Source of the DNA: a virus
Taxonomy: Duplodnaviria > Caudoviricetes
Length of the DNA: 64,000 bases
Strand: one strand, 5' to 3'
IMG/VR virus record: IMGVR_UViG_3300044840_000108
Coordinates: 1 to 64,000 of that record
Made by a program: the position numbers and the translations under genes. The notes beneath the pieces were generated by a model. That model made no database searches and was not told the DNA's origin. It saw only the letters and a list, made by a program, of their open reading frames with translations. Below are positions 56,792 to 64,000 of this stretch, in pieces (position 1 is the stretch's first letter; every line of letters begins with the position of its first letter).

Positions 56792-57813
56792 GATGGGGTT
56801 CCCTTCGGGGTGGTGGAGGTAGAACAGGCGACGACATCGGGGTGGCAGTCGCAGCGAACGGTGCCGCCGGTCACCGGGTCGCGGCGGAGCCGCAGTCTGG
56901 GATTCCGTTGCGCGGCAGGCGAGTGCGCCAAACATTCATCACACGCTGGCGGCAGGACGGTCACCGATGCCTGGTGATCGATCGGCCGCTGATCGTCGGT
57001 GGCCGTGATGTCAACGAGTCGGTCCGGCGCGAACGCGCCGAGGACGTACGCGACGGTGCGTGCTTCGGCCAGTTTCGTTCGCAGGTACGCCGAGACGTCG
57101 GGTAGCGAGTATCCGGCGGCCAGGGCGACTGCGGCCAGGTCGCGGATCTGGCCGCGTTGCCGGGGCCGGGCGTCAACGGTCCTGAAGTCGAGCTGGTTGA
57201 TCAGGGTTGCGGCGGCGTCCTGTTCTTGTTTCGTTGGGCTGCGAACTCCGTCCGTCGATCCGTCCGTCGGAACGGAAAGGATCTCTTCGGAACAAGAAGA
57301 CGGATCATGCTGTCCGAATCTCGGACCCCCCCCGTCCGAATCTCGGACCCCCGTACCGTCCGGCTCCCGGACGGGCCCCGTCCGAATCTCGGACCCCCCC
57401 CCGTCCGAATCTCGGACAGGCTGTGGATAACCGCCCGTCGCCGTTGACGAAGGCGTGGGACCTGCGGAAACGAACGGATTTGCGGTACTGCCTCCCTCGT
57501 CGTCAAGGTCATCGTCCGCGATCTGGATCGCACGCAACAGCGGCACGTTGATCCAGAACCGGGACGACAGCCGAGAGCCCTTCTCCCCCGTGCGTTCGTC
57601 CCGCTGGATCAAGCGGTCATCGCTCTCCAGCTTGCGCAGCAACTCGAACATGGTGGACCGGCTGATGCCGGTTTTGCGACACAGGGTGGGGATCCGCAAA
57701 CGGAGCACCTTGCCTTGGTCGTCCGCGGTGTCGGCCAGCGCGAGCATCACGAACCGTTTCGCCGACTCGGCCAGTGTGGAACTCCACACCAGGTTCATGA
57801 CCCTGATGCTCAC
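56788..57813 (-). CDS. Replication initiator (lambda O-like, N-terminal winged HTH)
   Basis: KRFVMLALADTADDQG...TLCRKTGISRSTM; internal iterons; upstream of dnaB. Confidence 0.8.
   Translation of the reverse strand: MSIRVMNLVWSSTLAESAKRFVMLALADTADDQGKVLRLRIPTLCRKTGISRSTMFELLRKLESDDRLIQRDERTGEKGSRLSSRFWINVPLLRAIQIADDDLDDEGGSTANPFVSAGPTPSSTATGGYPQPVRDSDGGGSEIRTGPVREPDGTGVRDSDGGGPRFGQHDPSSCSEEILSVPTDGSTDGVRSPTKQEQDAAATLINQLDFRTVDARPRQRGQIRDLAAVALAAGYSLPDVSAYLRTKLAEARTVAYVLGAFAPDRLVDITATDDQRPIDHQASVTVLPPACDECLAHSPAAQRNPRLRLRRDPVTGGTVRCDCHPDVVACSTSTTPKGTPS
57312..57430. repeat. Replication origin: iterons plus DnaA box
   Basis: GTCCGAATCTCGGAC at 57312, 57334, 57380 and 57403; variant GTCCGGCTCCCGGAC at 57358; TGTGGATAA at 57422-57430. 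Confidence 0.85.
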
Positions 57814-58124
57814 CCGGCACCAGCCATCAGGGTCACGTACCCGTGGCCGTCCAGTTCCCGCAGGCAGGCCGCGATCACGTCGGAGGTGTCGGTGCACCGC
57901 TCCCCGATCATGGCCACGGTGATGTGTCGGTGTGCGTCGGCGATGTAGGACGCCACCACGCAGGCTGTGCCGGCCGCAGCGTTGCTCAGGGAGGCGTCGC
58001 GGGCGACTGCCATCGCGAGGGCCTCCGCGGCGCTGTAGGTGTGGCCCACGTACAGGTACGGGGCGTGTGGCAGCCATCCGGACGGGTCGGCGACCTCCAC
58101 CGCGATCAACGTGTCGTCGGTCAT
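57810..58124 (-). CDS. Hypothetical protein
   Basis: Coupled ORF. Confidence 0.55.
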   Translation of the reverse strand: MTDDTLIAVEVADPSGWLPHAPYLYVGHTYSAAEALAMAVARDASLSNAAAGTACVVASYIADAHRHITVAMIGERCTDTSDVIAACLRELDGHGYVTLMAGAG

Positions 58125-58432
58125 GCGGGCTCACCGCCGACCAGGTCGATGTAGCCGTAGTCGGCCAGCTCGCGCAATGCTGTCGTGATCGGCCCGTACA
58201 AGCCGGGGTTGTCCTCGATGAGGGTGTCCGCGGGGACCTCGGTCTTGCCGTCGGCGGCGTAGGACGCCAGGACCGCCGCGATGCCCTTGGCGAACTCGGT
58301 CAGGCCGCCCTGGCTGTCGATGATCTCGGTGATGAGGCCGTCAGGCGGCCAAGTGGTGTAGCCGAGCGGGGCGTTGACGCACTCCCCCCATCGGTCACCT
58401 AGACATACCGTGGGGTGGTTGAACTCACGCAT
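58121..58432 (-). CDS. Winged-HTH-like small protein
   Basis: AKGIAAVLAS...ALRELADYGYI; GGAGAGG RBS. Confidence 0.55.
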   Translation of the reverse strand: MREFNHPTVCLGDRWGECVNAPLGYTTWPPDGLITEIIDSQGGLTEFAKGIAAVLASYAADGKTEVPADTLIEDNPGLYGPITTALRELADYGYIDLVGGEPA

Positions 58433-58726
58433 ACGTGCCTCTCCGACACGTCGCGCAGACTAGTGCTACCTGGTTCGGACCATGTAGCATAAGCGGCACA
58501 ACGTGTTCGCTGTCAGCGTGCGGGCGTTACCGGGTCAGGAGTTAGCGCTCCTGACCCGAACACGTTTCTGGGGGTTCCTGGTGGATCAATCCTTGCTGGT
58601 TACACCCTCCTTGTTCAACCGTGCGGCCTAGTGAGTCTTTAGGCCATCTGGGTGACGACTCGTCGGTAACACTGCTGGTGAACAGGTGTAACGGCTGGCC
58701 AGGTAGCTAGCCACGGCCCGGCGATT

Positions 58727-59518
58727 TCACCGCCGTCCGTCCAGTGGCCGGTAGTACATACCCTGTGCCTGGCGGATCTCCAGGGCGTGCCGCTCAAGCA
58801 CCCGAGCCGCCTGCTGTAGCGCCGTTGACCAGTCCTGGCTGGGCATCGGTTGGTGTCGCATCTCGTCAACGACAGCCGCCGCTGCTTCCCACACTGCCGC
58901 CTCCCCAGTCGGGTCGTACCGATCGAAGCTGGGCAGCCGCGAGGGTGCGGGGAACGGCAAGGTGTCATCGATCAGCCGGTTCCGGGTGTCCCCGCCTGCG
59001 GTGCGTAGTTCGGCGACACGTTCGAACAGTGCCCCCGACTGCCGGCCCGGCGCGCTCCGCACGTCAACGGCCCGGAACCCCCGATCCTGGTAGTACCGGT
59101 GCAGGCCAGTGTTGGTGCGCCAGCAGTCCAAGCGCAGGTACAACGCGCCGGCCATCTCGGCACGAGCGCAACACCAGTCGAGCAGCAGGTCCCCCAACCC
59201 TCTGCTGCGACGATCCGAGCGGATCATGAACTTGTAGAGGTACAGCGCCGGCTGCGCCGCCTCAAGGGGAGTCCAGAAGTCCATATCGGCAGCGTCCAGG
59301 GTGAGGCTGGCAGCGATGTCGCCCGCGCCGGTGGTGATGACATAGGTGGTGCCCGCGTTGATCGAGTCGCGAATGTTGCGCTCTCCCGTGCTGGACACGG
59401 TCCACTGCTCGATTCCCTTGCAGCGCAACCATTTCTCTGCGTGAGCGCGCAAGCTGATAACAGCGTCAGTGTCGGCAGGCGTGGCGTAGCGGATGTGGTA
59501 GTCCACGGTAGGCGTCAC
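58727..59518 (-). CDS. GNAT acetyltransferase with a C-terminal extra domain
   Basis: GIEQW, YLYKF...RSRGLG, LRLDCWRTN..L..YY...GF. Confidence 0.85.
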   Translation of the reverse strand: MTPTVDYHIRYATPADTDAVISLRAHAEKWLRCKGIEQWTVSSTGERNIRDSINAGTTYVITTGAGDIAASLTLDAADMDFWTPLEAAQPALYLYKFMIRSDRRSRGLGDLLLDWCCARAEMAGALYLRLDCWRTNTGLHRYYQDRGFRAVDVRSAPGRQSGALFERVAELRTAGGDTRNRLIDDTLPFPAPSRLPSFDRYDPTGEAAVWEAAAAVVDEMRHQPMPSQDWSTALQQAARVLERHALEIRQAQGMYYRPLDGRR

Positions 59519-60339
59519 TCGGGCTCCTGTGTGGGTGTGGTGGAAGTGTCGGGTTGCGGCACGTCAAGCACATACTTCAGGTACTGCGAGGCGGCGTCGA
59601 TCACGTTGACGATGACTCGTATGCGTCGCCCAGTCTCGTCCATGCCGACTCGGGCAAACTCAAGAACTGGTGTGCCAGGCTGAAGCGCCAAAAGCTTGAT
59701 CTCGTCATCGGACGGCATCCGGGCCCGGATCTCGTCCACAAACTGGGTCTGCCGAATGCCAATTGACCGCATGATCCCGCCGTGCTTCGTAATGTTTTCG
59801 GCAATCAGCAACGGCGGCTCGCCGTCAGCGTCGGTCCGGACTGCGATGTCGTGCGGAAACCAAGAGTCGGCTATCACAACCGGTACCCATGGCATGTCGG
59901 AGTCTTGTCGCACCATGCGAATACGACGCCGACGGAGCAGCCGCGTCCGGATCTCCGTGTCCAACCATCGGGCGATTGGCCGGGTGGCCTTTTCCCAGCC
60001 CACCGTCACCTCCTGGCGGGCTTGCCAATTCTGAGCGGCTACATCCTGCCCCCACTGGTCCCGGCCCTGGTCGGGGTCGTCAGCGTAGACGCGCTCAAAT
60101 TTCGACGCATCGAAATACAGCTCCAGATGTTGTCGAACCACGCGGCCCGCGCCACGCCGGGTGGCGACTAGGCCCGCTTGTTCCAGTTGCGAAAACGCCC
60201 GCCGGGCAGTGTCTCGCGAGCAGCCGTATCGCTCCATTAGGTCGTTCTCGGTCGGCAGCCGATCGCCGGGCATGTAGTCGCCCTGGTCGATCTGGGTGCG
60301 CAGGTCGTCGTACATGACCTGCCATCGCGGCCGCCTCAA
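59515..60339 (-). CDS. GntR (HutC/KorSA-type) repressor with UTRA domain
   Basis: PGDRLPTENDL..YGCSRDTARRA, GAGRVV, DSWFP, EIRARMPS..E...L....GTPVL. Confidence 0.92.
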   Translation of the reverse strand: MRRPRWQVMYDDLRTQIDQGDYMPGDRLPTENDLMERYGCSRDTARRAFSQLEQAGLVATRRGAGRVVRQHLELYFDASKFERVYADDPDQGRDQWGQDVAAQNWQARQEVTVGWEKATRPIARWLDTEIRTRLLRRRRIRMVRQDSDMPWVPVVIADSWFPHDIAVRTDADGEPPLLIAENITKHGGIMRSIGIRQTQFVDEIRARMPSDDEIKLLALQPGTPVLEFARVGMDETGRRIRVIVNVIDAASQYLKYVLDVPQPDTSTTPTQEPE

Positions 60340-60367
60340 CGCGCTCCCTCCGTTCGTTGCATGTTGA

Positions 60368-60437
60368 TGACCGTACAGCACTTGCGCCCGTCCGACAAAG
60401 CTCGTACTGTACGGATGTAAGCAAGTTTGACCGTACA
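60368..60437. promoter_or_regulatory. Divergent promoter/operator region next to the GntR gene
   Basis: TGACCGTACA at 60368 and 60428, inverted TGTACGG at 60408; TTGCGC(60382)-17-TACTGT(60405). Confidence 0.6.
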
Positions 60438-60483
60438 AAGACCTTCCACCACGAAGCTCCGCACCCTGAAGGGAGTCCGCGAG

Positions 60484-60675
60484 ATGGCCAGCAAGCGCCG
60501 GACCCGCCGCGGCACCACCCCCAACCTGTCCACCGCTGTCCTGGACGCCATCATCGTGGCGGCCGGGAAGCCGAACCGCCGTAACCGCCAGCGCCTCGCC
60601 CTGGCCCTCGCCGCCGACTCGGCCCGCGTCACCGCTGCCCTGTTCGGCACCGAGACCCTGGCGGAGGTGGCGTGA
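60484..60675 (+). CDS. Small basic protein
   Basis: GGGAG RBS; ends EVA with a GTGA overlap. Confidence 0.6.
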   Translation: MASKRRTRRGTTPNLSTAVLDAIIVAAGKPNRRNRQRLALALAADSARVTAALFGTETLAEVA

Positions 60676-60971
60676 CCGTGTCCACCACTTCCGCCGGCAC
60701 CAGCCCCCGCACCCTTGAGCAGATCCGGGCGACCCGCGTGTCCGTGAGCGACGACGTCATCCTGTACGCCCTGCCGGCCTACGCCGAGAACGAGTTCCGC
60801 ACCCTGATCGCCGAGGGCGCACCGCTCGACTACGCCGTCGAGGGCGCTGCCCGGATCGCGGTCGCCGAGGAACTGCGCCGGCTCATCGAAGAGGCACCGG
60901 AAGCGCTCGCCATCACCGTGGCGAAGTTGCGGGCCCGCGCCGACTATCTGGACCCGGACGGTGCCCAGTGA
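60672..60971 (+). CDS. Hypothetical protein
   Basis: GGAGG RBS; coupled. Confidence 0.65.
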   Translation: MTVSTTSAGTSPRTLEQIRATRVSVSDDVILYALPAYAENEFRTLIAEGAPLDYAVEGAARIAVAEELRRLIEEAPEALAITVAKLRARADYLDPDGAQ

Positions 60972-61699
60972 GCACCAGCGGCATCAAGGTCGGCCAGTGG
61001 CCCGACGGCACCCCCATGTGGCCCGGCGGTAGTCGATCCGGCAAGTCCCGACTGGTCGATTTGTTGGCCGTGCAGACGGACCGTGCCTACGCCTTCGGCG
61101 AGAAGAACCTCGATGAGGACACCCGCATTGACCGCCCCGCGCCCCGGCGTGCTGTCCGCCGGTCCTGCCAGCCTCGCCGCATGACCGACACCACGTCCCC
61201 GCTCTCCCCGGGCCCGGTCTTCCTGCCCAGCATGGCCGGTGCGATCGTCACCCAACTCAGGAACAACGGGTTCGACCCGCTCGGCGTGCTGTGCGTCGCG
61301 GAAGAGGCAGGCGAAGTCGTCGGCGCGTACCGCCGCTACGCCGGCCTGGCCCGCCGCCCGGGAACCCTCGCCGAACTCGGCGCGGAACTCGCCGATGTCG
61401 TGATCACCTCGTACGTGTCGGCCCACGCGATGCTGTTCGACCTGGACGCCGCGATCGGCGACACCGTCCTGGTCGGGGGGAACCGAGAACCGAAACTCCT
61501 GGTCCAGGCCCTGTTCGTCCAGGCGTCCCGGTTCGTTGAGGTCTACCCGCACCCGGCTAGCCGGTTCGCACTCGCGGGTCTGGCCGTGGCGGCCCGCTCG
61601 GTCGCCACCGCCCTGGACATCGACCTGGACGCAGCGATCCGGGACAAGGCGACCGTGATCTTCAGTCGTGGCTGGCGCGAAGGCGGTGACCAGTCGTGA
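60968..61699 (+). CDS. MazG-like NTP pyrophosphohydrolase domain protein
   Basis: AEEAGEV...ELADVVI; duplicated DLDAAI; start may be 61181. Confidence 0.7.
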   Translation: MSTSGIKVGQWPDGTPMWPGGSRSGKSRLVDLLAVQTDRAYAFGEKNLDEDTRIDRPAPRRAVRRSCQPRRMTDTTSPLSPGPVFLPSMAGAIVTQLRNNGFDPLGVLCVAEEAGEVVGAYRRYAGLARRPGTLAELGAELADVVITSYVSAHAMLFDLDAAIGDTVLVGGNREPKLLVQALFVQASRFVEVYPHPASRFALAGLAVAARSVATALDIDLDAAIRDKATVIFSRGWREGGDQS

Positions 61700-61917
61700 C
61701 GACCCTGCCCATGTCGGTCGGCACCCAGCCCGCTGGCCCCGGTGACGGATTCGACCACATCGTGGGCGATGTCCAGTACTGGCTGGACCGGCTCGGCGTG
61801 AAGATCCCCCGCGCGTTGTGCGGCGAGTCCCTGGCTGGCGAGGAACCGGCCACGCGCGAGGGCAACGGGCGACCGGTGTGCCCGACGTGTGCCGCGAAAG
61901 CGGGGTGGCGGGCGTGA
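61696..61917 (+). CDS. Small Zn-finger protein
   Basis: H...ALCG...VCPTC. Confidence 0.6.
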   Translation: MTTLPMSVGTQPAGPGDGFDHIVGDVQYWLDRLGVKIPRALCGESLAGEEPATREGNGRPVCPTCAAKAGWRA

Positions 61918-62153
61918 CCACCAGCATCAAGTCGCGCCCCGCCGACACCCTCCGGGACTACGACGACGTCATCGAGGGCGACTGCCCCACCTGCAAGCAC
62001 GGGCCGTGGCCCCTGACCGACGAGGGCCGGGTACCGCAGCACGACCGACGCCGCCCCGGCAAGGGCCACGTGAACTGTGTCGGCGCCTACCGTCCCGCAG
62101 TCAACACCCGGGTCCGGCCGTACGTGTTCGTGGAGGGCGTGGTGTTCCTGTGA
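61914..62153 (+). CDS. Small Zn-finger protein
   Basis: CPTC...H...C. Confidence 0.55.
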   Translation: MTTSIKSRPADTLRDYDDVIEGDCPTCKHGPWPLTDEGRVPQHDRRRPGKGHVNCVGAYRPAVNTRVRPYVFVEGVVFL

Positions 62154-62262
62154 GCGACATGAAGAAGCTGTTGCAGGACCTGACCCGGCTGGTCGACGTG
62201 GACGACGCCCCACCCCAGGACGTGTCGGACCTCGTCGCGAACGCTACCGACAGCGGTGCACG

Positions 62263-62571
62263 GTGACCGCCCCCGCTGACCTGGCCGTGTTGGCACTGCT
62301 GGACCAGGTGGTCGTCGGCGGTGCCGTACCGGCATGGCAGGACGCCGCACTGTGCGCCCAAATCGATCCGGACCTGTTCTACCCGGAGAAGGGCGGTACG
62401 ACCGCGGGCGCCAAGCGGATCTGTCAAAGCTGCGACGTGCGGGCCGAATGCCTTCAGGACGCCCTGGACAACCGAGACGAGTTCGGCATTTGGGGCGGAA
62501 AGTCAGCGCGGGCGCGCCGGAAGTTGCTCACCCCACGTTTCCCGAAGCCCAGTCAGGAGGTAGCAGCGTGA
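62263..62571 (+). CDS. whiB: WhiB-family Fe-S transcription factor (WhiB2-like)
   Basis: WQDAALCAQIDPDLFYPEKGG...CQSCDVRAECL...FGIWGG. Confidence 0.93.
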   Translation: MTAPADLAVLALLDQVVVGGAVPAWQDAALCAQIDPDLFYPEKGGTTAGAKRICQSCDVRAECLQDALDNRDEFGIWGGKSARARRKLLTPRFPKPSQEVAA

Positions 62572-62915
62572 TCACCATTCGACCGGGCCACGTCGCGGCG
62601 GGCGTGCTCCTCGCGGTGACCCTCGCCCGGGGACCGGCTGGCTGCCAAGCGCCACCGACCGGCCCTGCCGCACCCGTCGACCAGCCCCCGGTAGCCGCAG
62701 TCATACATGACGCCGGTAAGTGCCTGCCGGGTTGGGTGTGCACCCCCGGCACCAACCGGTGCAGCCCGGACTACGTGTGCGGCACCTGCCCAGACACGAA
62801 GGACTACAAGGGCAACTCGTGGAGCTACCTCAACGACGGCTCCGAACTGGCCCGTGAGTTGCAGACCGACCCCCGGTTGATCCCGATCGTCGATCCGCGA
62901 AGGCCGTGTGGGTGA
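62568..62915 (+). CDS. Secreted Cys-rich small protein
   Basis: Hydrophobic N-terminus, multiple Cys; AGGAGG RBS. Confidence 0.5.
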   Translation: MITIRPGHVAAGVLLAVTLARGPAGCQAPPTGPAAPVDQPPVAAVIHDAGKCLPGWVCTPGTNRCSPDYVCGTCPDTKDYKGNSWSYLNDGSELARELQTDPRLIPIVDPRRPCG

Positions 62916-63207
62916 TGCGCCAGTCACGGGAGTTGACGGACCAGGAGTACCTGGACCTGTGCGACTGCGCTTGCGACCTGGTGCAGGGCACCCATCCGGC
63001 CGGGCAGTGCGGATCGAGCCGGCCGCAGCAGTGACCGCCCGACCTGTTTGGTAATCGACGAATAAGGCAGACGCGACGTAAGGGAGCGGTAGTGGACGAG
63101 ATGGCGGGACAGGCTGTGTCGGTCGGTGACCCCACGCGGGGCCAAGGCCAAGATGCCGCCATGCCCACCACCCGCACGCACAAACTTCGCCAGGAGGCGA
63201 ACTGACC

Positions 63208-64000
63208 ATGTGGCCATTCACCGCCCGCCGCTCCCCCCTGCACGCCGCCGAACCAGGCAAGCCCACCCTGTCCCGCGCTGCCCGCCGGCGCCGGGAACGC
63301 ATCGACCTGAACAAGCGGGAGACGCTCGCGCGGCTGGAGACCCAACGCCGAGAGCTGGAAGTCACCCGCGAGTTGGATGTCTACGCGGAGGAGAAGGCGG
63401 AACGGGCGGAATCCCGCAAGGCGGGCGCCACCCGCCAGGCCCGTGAAGCGCTGAGCCGGCGACTGCGGGCGTTCCGGACACGACTGGACAACGACCGCCC
63501 CCTGCTGGCCGCGCTGATCGTGTCCGGGCTGTCCCTGATCGCCACGATCGCAGGCCAGTTGATGGTCTACACGTCCCTGAACTGGCACGGCTACGCCGCG
63601 CTGGCCTACATCCTGCCGTTCATCGTGGAGGGTGCGACCTGGTCGTTCGCGATCTACTCGCAGTGGCTCGCCACCAGGCCCTGGCCGTTGCCCTATGCCA
63701 AGTACACCCGCCTGATGTGGCTGTTTGCCGCCTACGCCGCGACCGCGAACACCTATCACGTCAGCCACACCCTGCGGGATGTCGTCACTGGCGCGCTGCT
63801 TGGCGGTGCCAGTCTGGTCGGTCCGTTCGTGTGGCACTCCTACATCACCCTGACCCGGACGGCCCGGTCCGGTCGGTCCGCCGCACAGATCCGGGCGGCC
63901 CTGTTGCAGCGACTGTTCAACCCGTTGCTGTCGCTGCGCACAGCGAAACTGTGGGCTGCGGCGGGTGGCGCGATGACCCGGGACCAAGCCTGGCTGTTGG
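63208..64000 (+). CDS. DUF2637/SpdA-like multi-pass membrane protein (runs off the window)
   Basis: Not in the ORF track because it has no stop in the window. AGGAGG RBS, coiled N-terminus, then LIATIAGQ...PFIVEG...NTYH...SLVGPFVW TM segments. Confidence 0.65.
   Translation, partial: MWPFTARRSPLHAAEPGKPTLSRAARRRRERIDLNKRETLARLETQRRELEVTRELDVYAEEKAERAESRKAGATRQAREALSRRLRAFRTRLDNDRPLLAALIVSGLSLIATIAGQLMVYTSLNWHGYAALAYILPFIVEGATWSFAIYSQWLATRPWPLPYAKYTRLMWLFAAYAATANTYHVSHTLRDVVTGALLGGASLVGPFVWHSYITLTRTARSGRSAAQIRAALLQRLFNPLLSLRTAKLWAAAGGAMTRDQAWLL

Larger units (their letters stand above)
1..64000. mobile_element. Actinobacterial temperate phage/prophage (non-structural arm), possibly a phage-plasmid or AICE-like hybrid
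   Basis: Terminase, DnaB, iteron-bearing initiator, RusA-like, HNH, Gp37Gp68-like, WhiB and Lsr2 genes; dozens of short genes coupled by ATGA/GTGA overlaps; no host housekeeping operons. Confidence 0.9.

Noticed and set aside
58531-58558. 11-bp hairpin upstream of the replication operon as an ncRNA
   Set aside because: A single hairpin is adequately explained as a terminator or leader element
62830-63987. 385-aa minus-strand ORF
   Set aside because: Antisense shadow of the plus-strand membrane protein starting at 63208, which has a strong RBS

Overview
High-GC actinobacterial (pro)phage DNA covering the non-structural arm of the genome. It runs from the terminase genes (left edge) through about 45 kb of small accessory genes to a replication module (HTH initiator with iterons and a DnaA box, plus DnaB) and a GntR/GNAT/MazG/WhiB regulatory block (right edge). 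No capsid, tail or lysis genes are visible; these probably lie left of position 1. The stand-out locus (9.4-12.1 kb, minus strand) is a Ro60/TROVE gene preceded by a tandem array of five Y-RNA-like units. The units share a scaffold (5' CCCGGUGCG, internal UACUUC, 3' GACCUCGGG) but carry different central domains, one of which is a complete circularly permuted tRNA-Asn(GUU) cloverleaf. Ro60 is followed by hairpin-rich DNA and an initiator tRNA with a non-canonical anticodon arm. Other notable items are a terminase-linked IbrB/IbrA/methyltransferase cassette, a Xer-like recombinase with a dif/lox-like site, repeated 28-bp operators, a recurring TCCACCAC start-associated motif, and a membrane-anchored UTRA domain lacking its HTH. 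All protein calls come from reading motifs by eye; no database searches or folding programs were run.
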